Assembly (NCBI GenBank): GCA_049512935.1
Contig: JBEKWR010000001.1
Coordinates: 128,001 to 192,000, forward strand
From: Candidatus Bathyarchaeia archaeon
GTDB lineage: Archaea > Thermoproteota > Bathyarchaeia > Bathyarchaeales > Bathycorpusculaceae
Direction of reading: 5' to 3'
DNA: 64,000 nt
In this document: positions 41,614 to 51,067 of the stretch, one piece after another
How the letters are laid out: every line of letters starts with the position of its first letter
Numbering within the stretch: position 1 is the stretch's first letter
Position numbers and translations under genes: made by a program
Notes under the pieces: generated by a model
The model's input: only the letters and a program-made list of their open reading frames with translations
Databases searched by the model: none
What the model was told of the DNA's origin: nothing

Positions 41614-42984
41614 ATGGAGCGCTTTGACGTTATCGTTATCGGTTCAGGATCAGGAATGCTGGTTGCCTCAGCCGCCGTTGACCAAGGGTTAAGGGTTGCG
41701 CTGGTTGAGCATGGAAAAATGGGGGGGACATGCATAAACGTGGGTTGCATTCCCTCTAAAATGCTGATTTACCCGTCAGATGTAATCGCCGCCATCAACT
41801 CGGCGGGAAAACTAGGCGTGCATGCAACCGTGGACTCGGTGGATTTTAGCAACATCTTGACTAGGATGCATGAGCTTGTTAACGAGGACTCGGGGCATCA
41901 GGCGTTGGCGGTGGAAGCCACGTCTAGTCTGGTCTGGTTTAAGGAAACAGGCGAGTTCATCTCCGACTACACCATGCAGGTCGGCGCGCACACGATCACC
42001 GCCCCAACCATCTTCATCGCGTCAGGCGCACGCACCGAGGTGCCGCCGATCAAAGGCATAGACAAGATAGCTTACTTGACAAGCGACACGGTTTTGCAGC
42101 TTCAAGCGGCGCCTAAAAGCATCTTGATCGTTGGCGGAGGCTACGTGGGCATGGAGTACGGACACTTCTTCTCAGGCATCGGCACAAAAACAACCATACT
42201 GCAGCGACCCGACCACGTCTTGCCCGACGAGGAACCAGAAATCAGCGAGCTGTTGAAGAAGGAATCGCAGCAACGCATGGAGATCTACACGGGATTTGAG
42301 GTTTTGGAAGCCAGCCAGGAAGGCCAAACCAAGACGCTTGTTGCAAGAAACCGCCATGATGAAAGCCGAAGGGAGTTCAGCGCTGAAGCAGTGATGATTG
42401 CCACTGGCAGAACCTCCAACGCGGACGTTTTGAAACCACAAAAAACTGGGGTGCAACTTGACGAGCGCAACTTCATAAAAGTAAACGAGTTCCTTGAAAC
42501 CAGCAAGAAGAACATTTGGGCTTTCGGCGACGCCATAGGCAAACAAATGTTCAAGCACGTAGCCAACTACGAAGCAGGAACAGTTTGGCACAATGCGTCC
42601 CACGGCCACAAGGTTCCGATGGATTTCTCAGCCGCACCCCACGCAGTCTTCACGCACCCGCAGGTTGCCTCCGTCGGCTTAAAAGAAGCAGAAGCCAAAC
42701 AACAGCACAAAATTCTCGTTGGAACCGCTCTCTACAAGGATACAGCCATGGGCGCCGCTATGGGTTTTCCTGAAGGCTTCGTCAAGGTGATTGTTGAGGC
42801 TGAAACGGGCAAAATCCTCGGCGGGCACATCATCGGTCCAGAAGCTTCGATGCTGATCCAAGAAATCGTTAACGCGATGGTTTCTGAAACTGGAAGCTTC
42901 GCGCCAATCGCCCAAGCTATGCATATTCACCCATCCATGACCGAGGTAGTTCAGAACGCCTTCGGCAACCTCAATCCAGCATAA
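41614..42984 (+). CDS. Class-I pyridine nucleotide-disulfide oxidoreductase (dihydrolipoamide dehydrogenase/mycothione reductase-like)
   Basis: GSGSG, GGTCINVGCIPSK, GGGYVG, HIHPSMTE. Confidence 0.92.
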   Translation: MERFDVIVIGSGSGMLVASAAVDQGLRVALVEHGKMGGTCINVGCIPSKMLIYPSDVIAAINSAGKLGVHATVDSVDFSNILTRMHELVNEDSGHQALAVEATSSLVWFKETGEFISDYTMQVGAHTITAPTIFIASGARTEVPPIKGIDKIAYLTSDTVLQLQAAPKSILIVGGGYVGMEYGHFFSGIGTKTTILQRPDHVLPDEEPEISELLKKESQQRMEIYTGFEVLEASQEGQTKTLVARNRHDESRREFSAEAVMIATGRTSNADVLKPQKTGVQLDERNFIKVNEFLETSKKNIWAFGDAIGKQMFKHVANYEAGTVWHNASHGHKVPMDFSAAPHAVFTHPQVASVGLKEAEAKQQHKILVGTALYKDTAMGAAMGFPEGFVKVIVEAETGKILGGHIIGPEASMLIQEIVNAMVSETGSFAPIAQAMHIHPSMTEVVQNAFGNLNPA

Positions 42985-43061
42985 CCAAAAACCCCGTTTT
43001 TTGGAAATGTAAAAAGTTATATTATCCCGCAAGCAACTGTCTATAGCAGAGTTGTTTTATC

Positions 43062-43346
43062 ATGAACATTTCCAAAGTTGCAGGTAAAAACAATAAACAC
43101 AAGGTTTTCGTCTACGCCCTAAGCACATGTGTATGGTGCAAACTAACAAAACAGTACCTAATCGACAACAACATAGAATACGAATACGTCGACGTGGACC
43201 TATGCGCAGAGGAAGACAAGCAGAAAATCCGCGACACCATCACAAGCAAAGGCGGCATGCTCAGCTACCCCACAACAATCGTCGACGACAAGGTCGTAAT
43301 CACCGGGTTCCGCAAAGACCAACTTAAGGAGTCACTTGAAATTTGA
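43062..43346 (+). CDS. Glutaredoxin-like protein
   Basis: LSTCVWC, SYP, TGF. Confidence 0.9.
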   Translation: MNISKVAGKNNKHKVFVYALSTCVWCKLTKQYLIDNNIEYEYVDVDLCAEEDKQKIRDTITSKGGMLSYPTTIVDDKVVITGFRKDQLKESLEI

Positions 43347-43897
43347 TTACCCTTGAGGAGGTCCGCAGAAGAGCCGAAGCCGACGCTAAAACCTACGGTT
43401 ACTACCTTACTCCTCAACAGGATCTTCTGCAGGGATTCCTTGAAGGGCTAAAGACGAATGAGGACCGATACGGGTACCCGCTGTGCCCATGCAGGCTCAC
43501 CTCGGGCAACTTCGAATTCGACCGCGACATAATTTGCCCTTGCGACTACCGTGACCCAGACGTCGCCCAGTACGGCTCCTGCTACTGCCGACTCTACGTG
43601 AACAAGAAAGTTTACGAAAGCCAAAACCTGCCTGAAGTCCCAGAGCGGCGACCACTGGACAAGCAGGCAAGAGCTTACGGAGGCGAAGCAGCAGCCAAAT
43701 CCACGCCAGCGGGAGGAACACAGGAAAAACAGCCGACAACGGCTAAAGCTGAGTCGACGGTTAAAAAGAAGCTTTGGTACTGCAAGCAGTGCGGTTATGT
43801 GGTGTTCAGGGAGGATCCGCCGTACGTTTGCCCTGTGTGCAAGGCGAAAAGAGAAATGTTTGCTGAAATAGAGAGTTCAGTGGAGTTCAACGGCTAA
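43343..43897 (+). CDS. Ferredoxin:thioredoxin reductase-like (FDR) with C-terminal rubredoxin domain
   Basis: CPCR, CPC, CYC plus CKQCG..CPVC. Confidence 0.92.
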   Translation: MITLEEVRRRAEADAKTYGYYLTPQQDLLQGFLEGLKTNEDRYGYPLCPCRLTSGNFEFDRDIICPCDYRDPDVAQYGSCYCRLYVNKKVYESQNLPEVPERRPLDKQARAYGGEAAAKSTPAGGTQEKQPTTAKAESTVKKKLWYCKQCGYVVFREDPPYVCPVCKAKREMFAEIESSVEFNG

Positions 43898-44049
43898 GGC
43901 TGTTTTTGGATTTCTATCTCAATTTTTTTCCAGTCGTCTTTTATTCCGCGCAGCGAAGTGACCGCGCCCATTATTGTTCCGCTCAAGATTTTTTCCACAA
44001 ACTCGTTCAGGGGTATTTCTTTTCCGTCAACTTTCAGTTTTAAACTCAA
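43894..44049 (-). CDS. Small protein resembling the MobB C-terminal extension (51 aa, not in ORF track)
   Basis: MSLKLKVDGKEIPLNEFVEKILSGTIMGAVTSLRGIKDDWKKIEIEIQKQP; GGTGA RBS. Confidence 0.75.
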   Translation of the reverse strand: MSLKLKVDGKEIPLNEFVEKILSGTIMGAVTSLRGIKDDWKKIEIEIQKQP

Positions 44050-44115
44050 CTCTCTCACCTGGAGGTATTGCATAGTAAAGTTGGAAGGTTAAAAGTTTCT
44101 GTGCCAGGAGGCGTC

Positions 44116-44682
44116 TTAGATTCTTGGCGAGGACGGTTTAATGGTGACCCTAAGCTTAGTCAGGTTCTCTTTTATCTCGGCTTTGACGCCCATGGCTGAA
44201 AAGTACTCTTCGAGGAAGACCCTGATGAAGTCTTTGGACATCTCCGAAACCAACACAAGCGTATAGTCGTTTGGAGCGTTCCTTGTCAGCCGATAAAAGT
44301 TGCAGACCTCAAGCCGCGCAAGCATTTCTTCCGGCGAACGAACCTTTGTCCTAAGCTGCTCCCAATGAGCACGGGCTAGCTCCTTATGAGCGCTCCAGAA
44401 CTTGTCCTTTTCAGGCGAAGAAGCAATCAGGCTAAGAAACATGAGCCAGTGGTCAACGTCTAAAATCACGTGCTCGCCGCCGAGCAGCATGTCCATGTAG
44501 CCGTGGATTTTCTTTTTGACCGCCGGGTCTTCAAGCGCCTTGTTTTCGTTGTAGAATTTGAGGGCGCGCCGCATGACTTCGCTCTGTGAGACTTCTGACT
44601 CGGTGCTTATTTTTTCCAGCAGGTCGGCTGTTGTTTTATCGAACGCCACCGTTATTCTTGTCGGGTTAACCATGAATGCCAC
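44116..44682 (-). CDS. CopG/RHH regulator with C-terminal ligand-binding domain
   Basis: RITVAFD...SQSEVMRRAL, GEHVILDVDHW. Confidence 0.82.
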   Translation of the reverse strand: MAFMVNPTRITVAFDKTTADLLEKISTESEVSQSEVMRRALKFYNENKALEDPAVKKKIHGYMDMLLGGEHVILDVDHWLMFLSLIASSPEKDKFWSAHKELARAHWEQLRTKVRSPEEMLARLEVCNFYRLTRNAPNDYTLVLVSEMSKDFIRVFLEEYFSAMGVKAEIKENLTKLRVTIKPSSPRI

Positions 44683-44894
44683 TCTACATTAATTTAACAT
44701 ATTTTCAGATTATTGAAAATTATATAAACATTTCGCCGCTGATGGAAAGTTTAAACTTAGCAAATTTGAAGGTTAACCTGCAATTTACTAAACAATTGTT
44801 AAAATGGCAGAGACGTTAGGGGTCAAAAATCTTTTATTCCCGCCTCTTCCTAATCCAATTATGCAAGTTGCTTATGTTACTTAGAGGCATCATA

Positions 44895-45554
44895 ATGAAG
44901 AGACCAGAAATTTACCTTGAACCGAAACAGCGCGTGGCAAAAATCATTGAGCTGCTTGAAAAGCAGTACCCCGACGCAAAAACCGCCCTGAACTACTCCA
45001 ACCCGCTGGAGATGCTTGTCGCCACCATGCTTTCAGCGCAAACGACAGATGTGAGAGTCAACATTGTCACCAAAAGCTTGTTCAACAAGTACAAGACGCC
45101 TGAAGACTACGCAAACGCTGACATAAAGGAGCTGGAGCAGGACATTCATTCAACAGGGTTCTACCATAACAAAGCCAGAAACCTGCAGAAATGCTGCCGA
45201 ATGCTCGTTGAGAAGTACCGTTCTCATGTGCCAAAAACCATGGATGAGCTTTTGGAGTTGCCTGGCGTGGCGAGAAAAACCGCAAACATAGTATTAAACA
45301 ACTCTTACGGAATCATCGCTGGCGTAGCCGTCGACACCCATGTCCACAGGCTTTCACAGCGACTCGGGTTAACCGAGAATGAAGACGCCGCGAAAATAGA
45401 GCAGGACCTCATGCAAATCACCCCGAAAGAGAAATGGATGAAACTCACCGACCTGCTGATTCTCCACGGAAGACAAGTTTGCATCGCAAGAAAACCCAAA
45501 TGCGAAGCCTGCGTCCTAAACAAGATTTGCCCCTGCGCCTTTACCTTCGGCTAA
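44895..45554 (+). CDS. nth: Endonuclease III
   Basis: LSAQTTD, LPGVARKTA HhH, VDTH, C-x6-C-x2-C-x5-C. Confidence 0.96.
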   Translation: MKRPEIYLEPKQRVAKIIELLEKQYPDAKTALNYSNPLEMLVATMLSAQTTDVRVNIVTKSLFNKYKTPEDYANADIKELEQDIHSTGFYHNKARNLQKCCRMLVEKYRSHVPKTMDELLELPGVARKTANIVLNNSYGIIAGVAVDTHVHRLSQRLGLTENEDAAKIEQDLMQITPKEKWMKLTDLLILHGRQVCIARKPKCEACVLNKICPCAFTFG

Positions 45555-45608
45555 AAAACAGCACGCATTTATACACCTTCACATTTCCTAAAGTTAGGAC
45601 TTGGTCTT

Positions 45609-46088
45609 ATGACAACCACGGTTAAAGTTGGAGACAAGGCACCAGATTTCACTTTGCCTGACACAGAAAAGAAACAGAGAAGCCTGAAAGAGTTCATCGG
45701 GCAAAAAATCGTTTTAGCGTTCTTTCCAGGCGCGTTTACTGCAACATGCACAATGGAGATGTGTGAGTTCCGCGATTCAATGTCTAGGTTCATCGATTTG
45801 AAGGCGCAGGTCATTGGAATAAGCGTAAGCGACCCGTTCAGCAACAAGGCTTTCGCGGAAAAAAACAGGCTGCCTTTTCCAATTCTAAGCGACTACAAAC
45901 GTGAAGTCATCAAAACCTACGGGTTGGAACTGTCTAACTTTGCCGGACTCAACGGCTACACGGCTGCGAAACGCTCAATCTTCATCTTAGACCCGAAGGG
46001 AATCGTAAGGTACGTTTGGGTTTCAGACAACCCAGCGGTCGAGCCGAACTACATGGAGATTCAGAAGGCTCTGGAAGAAATCATGTAG
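45609..46088 (+). CDS. Peroxiredoxin (BCP/PrxQ-like)
   Basis: FFPGAFTATCTMEMC, AKRS. Confidence 0.92.
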   Translation: MTTTVKVGDKAPDFTLPDTEKKQRSLKEFIGQKIVLAFFPGAFTATCTMEMCEFRDSMSRFIDLKAQVIGISVSDPFSNKAFAEKNRLPFPILSDYKREVIKTYGLELSNFAGLNGYTAAKRSIFILDPKGIVRYVWVSDNPAVEPNYMEIQKALEEIM

Positions 46089-46456
46089 GCGTAGGCTTCT
46101 TCTTCATGAGCGCCGTGTAGAAGAATTGAACATGCCCGTCGCCCTCCATTGACGTGTAATGCCGAAGCTGTTGTATCTCGAACAAGCCAGAGAACAGATC
46201 AATAATCTGTCGCCGCCTGTCGCCTTCTGCTTTATCGTTTTCTCTGAGCTGAACGGTTGTACTCAATCATCAAACACCTGTCCATGACGACAATCAAACC
46301 CGCGCGCCTCCCAGCTTCGGCAGCTTCTTCGTTGACTATTCCAAGCTGCATCCAAACCGCGAAAGGCTTGTGCACCAGCTTAAGGGCGCTTATGTTAACT
46401 ACGCTTTTGGTTACCTTCTCGATAGTGTCTAAAATGGCCTGCTCGTCATAAGACAA
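46081..46456 (-). pseudogene. Chimeric remnants: HtrA-like N-terminus, CoA-binding protein C-terminus, methyltransferase-like C-terminus
   Basis: EKVTKSVVNIS fused in frame to AVWMQLGIVNEEAA..GLIVVMDRCLM; next fragment LFSGLFEI..FYTALMKK. Confidence 0.6.
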
Positions 46457-46510
46457 GTGGATCCCTCAAAACCTGTGGGACTTCGCTTTAATAAATATTA
46501 AACAGCCAAG

Positions 46511-46900
46511 TTAACGGCAGAAAAAGCAGTTCTCCGCCCATTCCTGAGGCATTTCGTTTTGGCAGTTTGGGCACATTAACCCATTTCTTCTGACGGCTTG
46601 GCACGTTTGACAGAACAGCCTGAGCACTTCCGCCTTGTTGTTTGGCTCACGTATAAGACTGGTCACCATCTGATTTATCAGCGTCAGGATTTCAGCCGAA
46701 CTTTCGATTGTACGCAGCACATTTCCCCTCTCATTATTCACGTACCTACTTACGGCTGACTGTGACAGCCCCAAAAGTTCAGCGGTTTGCTGTTCATTCA
46801 ACCCGTGGTTTGTGACGATTTCTCTCGCCATAATAGCCTTTACTGCAGGCAAAACAGTTTTTACCCCTACCTCGCACGGAAGTATCAAGTTCGGCACCAA
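46511..46900 (-). CDS. HTH regulator (COG2522-like)
   Basis: PCE..LPAVK, QQTAELLGLSQSAVSRY..RG, C-terminal Cys pairs. Confidence 0.85.
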   Translation of the reverse strand: MVPNLILPCEVGVKTVLPAVKAIMAREIVTNHGLNEQQTAELLGLSQSAVSRYVNNERGNVLRTIESSAEILTLINQMVTSLIREPNNKAEVLRLFCQTCQAVRRNGLMCPNCQNEMPQEWAENCFFCR

Positions 46901-46933
46901 TTAGGGTTAATTCTGGGGAAAACCTATTTAAAC

Positions 46934-47041
46934 ATGACGCCTGTCATATGTTATGACGCGTGTCATGATGGGCTACCAAATTGCAAAAATTGAAGTTTTA
47001 CTGCAATCTCTTACTCCTTCCCCCGTCATGACACGCGGCAG
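46934..47041. promoter_or_regulatory. ATGAC-N4-GTCAT operator sites between divergent regulators
   Basis: ATGACGCCTGTCAT (46934-47), ATGACGCGTGTCAT (46953-66), partial ATGACACGCGGCAG (47028-41). Confidence 0.6.
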
Positions 47042-47068
47042 CATACTCGCCTAGGAGATAAGAAATAA

Positions 47069-48016
47069 ATGGGCAATGTCCTAACTCAAACCAGAAAGAC
47101 AGAAAACAACCGCGACCTAACAGGAATGCTAAAGACTCTCGATGCGGAATGCAGAAACTGCGCTCCAATCACTCCCTTAGAATGCATAAACCGATGTCAA
47201 GTGTACAAGCTCAAAAATGAACTCAGAAAACTACGAGAAACAATGGATAATCCAAACTACATAAAAGAACTCTTCAACGTCCTCAAAAACGAGACAAGGC
47301 TCCACATCCTTCAAGCAATAGTAAACGGCAGGTACTCAGTAAGCCAACTGCAGCAGGAACTCAAAAGAACGGGTCACAGCCACAGCCAAGACACCATAAA
47401 CGAAGAGTATTTGCGACCGCTAATGGCGGTAGGTCTCGCCACCGAGATGCGAAACGAATACTACGCAACTACCTTCGGAGGACGACTGACCGAGCTGCTC
47501 GGGGTCTTCCCTGAATTCGTTGAGATGCTTCCAGCTCACTCGGAATGCTACGAAGAAATCCTTCTACAATCTTTATTGTCGGGACCAAAGACCTTTGAAG
47601 AGATTGAAGCCTTGATTTCGCCGAAGATCGCTTCGCGAATCCTCAAACGGTTGCGTGCGGTCGGCTTGATAGAAACGCCTGAGGAGAGGGATTACATCTT
47701 TTTCTTCAAGTCAAAACGAGACCCAATCAAAGAAAACTTTTCAGCTACTGAACGTAAAGTTTACGAAACCATCGCGGATGAAGGAATTTCCGCTGGGAAG
47801 CTTGCGAAGGAAACAGGGCTTTCCATGAGAAGAACTTACAAGTACCTTAGAGGCTTGAAGGGCAAAAAACTTGTGTTTATTAGAAGAACGCCGAAAGCCT
47901 ATGGGTTAACCTGCAAAGGCGAAATGTTGGCTTCGGTGCTTAAGGAGCTTCAGCAGATAGTTGAGGACACATGGTGCTCTTCTGAACAGGTCATGCAGAG
48001 CAACATCAACTCTTAG
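47069..48016 (+). CDS. Multi-wHTH regulator with N-terminal 4-Cys motif
   Basis: CRNC..CINRC then several winged-helix units (YYATTFG, YGLTCKG). Confidence 0.78.
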   Translation: MGNVLTQTRKTENNRDLTGMLKTLDAECRNCAPITPLECINRCQVYKLKNELRKLRETMDNPNYIKELFNVLKNETRLHILQAIVNGRYSVSQLQQELKRTGHSHSQDTINEEYLRPLMAVGLATEMRNEYYATTFGGRLTELLGVFPEFVEMLPAHSECYEEILLQSLLSGPKTFEEIEALISPKIASRILKRLRAVGLIETPEERDYIFFFKSKRDPIKENFSATERKVYETIADEGISAGKLAKETGLSMRRTYKYLRGLKGKKLVFIRRTPKAYGLTCKGEMLASVLKELQQIVEDTWCSSEQVMQSNINS

Positions 48017-48046
48017 CAAACAATCTTCTCTGTTTTTTTGTTTCGT

Positions 48047-48532
48047 TTATCCTCCGCCGGGAGCCCCGTGAAACGGCGCGTTTTCCCAGAGGAGTTTCCA
48101 CCAGTCATCTTCTGTGATGGTTTCTCCGTGAATAATGATTTCTAAAACCATCTTGAGCATCTCGTGATGTCTGTGTTCGTCGGCTAATATGGAGTTCAAG
48201 AGGAAAACGACTTTCTTGTCTTCGATGGTTGGGATCTTAGTTTCAAGTTTCTTGATGAGCTCAGACTCTATTTCTATGTGTTTTTCCACGAGTCTTCTCT
48301 GCTCATCCAGGTTATCCTGGTTTAACGCGGTGGAAGCCGCAGACAAAAGAGTAACGGCTGACATGTAGAGTTCCGCATGCTTTATCGAATCAAGCGAGAC
48401 ACCCATCAAAACACCCTTAACAGCTGGATTCTTCATTTCACGCAGCGGTTTCTCAAGGGAAGCCACTATTTCTTTTTCAACAGTAATCTGGTTTTTCAAG
48501 AAATCAATAAGATTGCCTTTTGGTTTTTCCAT
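48047..48532 (-). CDS. Ferritin-like domain protein
   Basis: E..DSIKH and E..DEHRH diiron-type motifs. Confidence 0.8.
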   Translation of the reverse strand: MEKPKGNLIDFLKNQITVEKEIVASLEKPLREMKNPAVKGVLMGVSLDSIKHAELYMSAVTLLSAASTALNQDNLDEQRRLVEKHIEIESELIKKLETKIPTIEDKKVVFLLNSILADEHRHHEMLKMVLEIIIHGETITEDDWWKLLWENAPFHGAPGGG

Positions 48533-48555
48533 AAAATTCTCCCATCCGATTAGTG

Positions 48556-48999
48556 TTAAGCCTTGCTCATCAAGTTTTCGGCGGTTCTTTTTCCCAGGTC
48601 TCTACAGTCGTTAAGCGTCTTTTGGTCGGGCAGATACCGCGCCAGCAGAGGCGGTTCCACAACTTGCATTTCAAACTTGTACTTCATAATCTCTAGAACC
48701 AGTTTAGGCGCTTCACCGGTCCACCCGTACGAACCGAACGCTGCGCCCACTTTACCCTTTAGATTTAAACCTTTGACGGCGGCTTCCTCGAAGAGGTTTT
48801 TGAAGTCAAGTGCCATCTCATGGTGATAAGTAGGCGTCCCGACGAGTATTGCGTCGTAACTGATTAGTTCTTCGGGGTCAACGTGAAAGTTCAACTCCAC
48901 CCTGACGTCGTCACTGATTTTTGCGCCGTCAGCTACCGCCTTAGCCATCCTTTCGGTGTTACCAGTTCTGCTGTAATACAAAACAAGAATTTGCTTCAT
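48556..48999 (-). CDS. Flavodoxin-domain protein
   Basis: SRTGNTERMA, GTPTY, FGSYGW. Confidence 0.88.
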   Translation of the reverse strand: MKQILVLYYSRTGNTERMAKAVADGAKISDDVRVELNFHVDPEELISYDAILVGTPTYHHEMALDFKNLFEEAAVKGLNLKGKVGAAFGSYGWTGEAPKLVLEIMKYKFEMQVVEPPLLARYLPDQKTLNDCRDLGKRTAENLMSKA

Positions 49000-49109
49000 A
49001 AAGATAAAATGCGACAAAATACTATTTCAACATTTTGCTGGAATGAAAGGCAAATAAAAGTTGATACGCTAAAGACCAAATTAAGAAAAGCTGAATTTTT
49101 CGGAGGAAA

Positions 49110-49373
49110 TCATTCTATTTTTCCTATTTCCTTGGTTATGTCTATCGGCGACTTATAGGTCTTGTTGGGCAGCTTGCCTAGCATGTCCATAACGTCTTCT
49201 GGCGCCTTCTTACCCGTTGCAATGTCCACAAGCGCTTTCTTTTCAGCCGGAAAGTGTATTCCGGCAAGATATTTCTCAACGATTGCTGGACTTACGTGCC
49301 CAGGCTTAACGCTCCTGCTTGTGTATTGCTTTCTCGACCCTCTACCTTGACCGATCCCTTTACGCCTTGCCAT
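49110..49373 (-). CDS. DUF2795-family protein
   Basis: YLAGIHFPAEK..L..A...AP..V...L.KLP...Y.SP. Confidence 0.85.
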   Translation of the reverse strand: MARRKGIGQGRGSRKQYTSRSVKPGHVSPAIVEKYLAGIHFPAEKKALVDIATGKKAPEDVMDMLGKLPNKTYKSPIDITKEIGKIE

Positions 49374-49448
49374 TTGGGTTTCTTGCCTACTCGTTGTTTT
49401 TCACCTCCAAACTCTAAAACAAGTCATTACAAAAAATTGCTCAAGCGT

Positions 49449-49619
49449 TCATTCTTCTTCATGCTTCTGTCCAGCCATAATGAGCCTTCGAACCTTTTGC
49501 CCACCCTTGCTGCCTATTTCACTGTAGAATTCGGGTCCGTGAGTCTCAGCCGTCCTCTCACCGCCCATACGCCCAGCCTCCTTAACAGTCATCTTACCCT
49601 TCCTTCTGCCTTCACTCAA
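49449..49619 (-). CDS. KGG-repeat stress hydrophilin (GsiB/Em-like), short copy
   Basis: MTVKEAGRMGG..HGPEFYSEIGSKGG; TTG start after GGAGGTGA. Confidence 0.9.
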   Translation of the reverse strand: MSEGRRKGKMTVKEAGRMGGERTAETHGPEFYSEIGSKGGQKVRRLIMAGQKHEEE

Positions 49620-49749
49620 AAACACGTCACCTCCGAGCACGCAGAGAAACTAGCAAAATCGCAAACTGTCATCATCAATCATTCCTGTTTCTTGATTTAG
49701 AAATCAGGACCCGTTTTGGAGCGCGGAATACGAGGATAAAGTTGGAAAG

Positions 49750-50001
49750 TTACTCTTCTTCATGTTCTTTTCCGGCTTGAATAAGCCTTCGAACCTTTTG
49801 GCCCCCTAAATGCCCTGCCTCCTCAAGGCTGGTTTTCCCCTTCGCTTCCGGAGTGCCCTCATGCTGTTTGGCTCTCTGAGAACCACCTTTGCTCCCAATC
49901 TCACTGTAAAATTCAGGTCCATGGGTCTCAGCCGTTTTCTCACCGCCCATACGCCCAGCCTCTTCAACAGTCATCCTTCCCTTATTTTTGCCTTCACTCA
50001 A
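49750..50001 (-). CDS. KGG-repeat stress hydrophilin, long copy
   Basis: EAGRMGG, EFYSEIGSKGG, EAGHLGG; TTG start after GGAGGTGA. Confidence 0.9.
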   Translation of the reverse strand: MSEGKNKGRMTVEEAGRMGGEKTAETHGPEFYSEIGSKGGSQRAKQHEGTPEAKGKTSLEEAGHLGGQKVRRLIQAGKEHEEE

Positions 50002-50244
50002 AAACACGTCACCTCCAAAGAAACCTTGTAGACTATTTTTTCGCAAAACCTCGGGTTTTTTATCATTCTTCTAGCCTTTAAGAGAACTTTTAAACATATG
50101 TGGCTGCCTCAGCACAGCAACAACGGAGGGAACTTTCTTGATCCAAAATAAACTGTTAACTCTAACAAGAAGTGAGGAAGGCTGAGGCGAAAGGGAGAGA
50201 TATGTTGGTTTTAAAACTGAGAATAAGATCAAAGCAAGCTTTAC

Positions 50245-50433
50245 TTACTCATCTTCGTGCTCTTTTCCTGCCAGAATGAGTTTGCGGACTCTTTGCCCGC
50301 CTTTCGGCCCGCCGATCTTTCCGCCTTTGCGGCCTATTTCGCTATAGAATTCTTCACCGTGCGTTTCGGATGTTCTTAATCCGCCTTTCCTACCCGCCTC
50401 TGCGACGGTCATCTTGCCCTTTTCTCGCGACAA
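50245..50433 (-). CDS. KGG-repeat stress hydrophilin, short copy
   Basis: EAGRKGG, EFYSEIGRKGG. Confidence 0.9.
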   Translation of the reverse strand: MSREKGKMTVAEAGRKGGLRTSETHGEEFYSEIGRKGGKIGGPKGGQRVRKLILAGKEHEDE

Positions 50434-50515
50434 TCAATTCACCTCCCAAAAACGCCTCAAACTAAAAACAACGCGTAAAAAATAACAAGAATAATCCCAA
50501 AAAAACGTAGATATT

Positions 50516-50830
50516 TTACTCTTCCATGTGTTCTTTGCCCGCCTGGATCAATTTCCTGACTCTTTGCCCGCCTCTGTGCCCTGCTTCCTCAAGGCTGGTT
50601 TTCCCCTTCGCTTCACTTGTACCCTCATGTTGTTTTGCCCTTTCAGACCCGCCTTTGCTGCCAATCTCACTGTAGAATTCTGGACCTCGCTCCATGGAAA
50701 CTTTTTCGCCGCCCTTTCGACCTATTTGCTCATAAAACTCGCGGCCATGTGTTTGAGCGGTTCTTTCTCCGCCTTTCCTACCTGCCTCTGCGACGGTCAT
50801 CTTGCCCTTTCTGCTTTCACGCATACTCAA
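50516..50830 (-). CDS. KGG-repeat stress hydrophilin, long copy
   Basis: EAGRKGG, EFYEQIGRKGG, EFYSEIGSKGG, EAGHRGG. Confidence 0.92.
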   Translation of the reverse strand: MSMRESRKGKMTVAEAGRKGGERTAQTHGREFYEQIGRKGGEKVSMERGPEFYSEIGSKGGSERAKQHEGTSEAKGKTSLEEAGHRGGQRVRKLIQAGKEHMEE

Positions 50831-51067
50831 AACTCTTCACCTCCATTAAACTGCCGAAAAGTTAACACTATTTAAGCCGAATTACCGCTCATAAACTTAT
50901 GTGGTTGTAACATGACAGTAACATGCCAATAAGCCTTTGAAAATATTTGTGGCTATGAAAGAAATAAACAGAAAACAGATAATTTTAAAAATGTTCTATA
51001 TCATTAGAGCGAAAGAAGTTAATTTAAATATCCCAAGAGGTCAAGTTTATAGTCACTGGGTACATCC

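Noticed and set aside
49440-50840. Repeated DNA blocks resembling a CRISPR or non-coding repeat array
   Set aside because: The repeats are in-frame coding KGG motifs within paralogous genes; no repeat-spacer structure and no cas genes.
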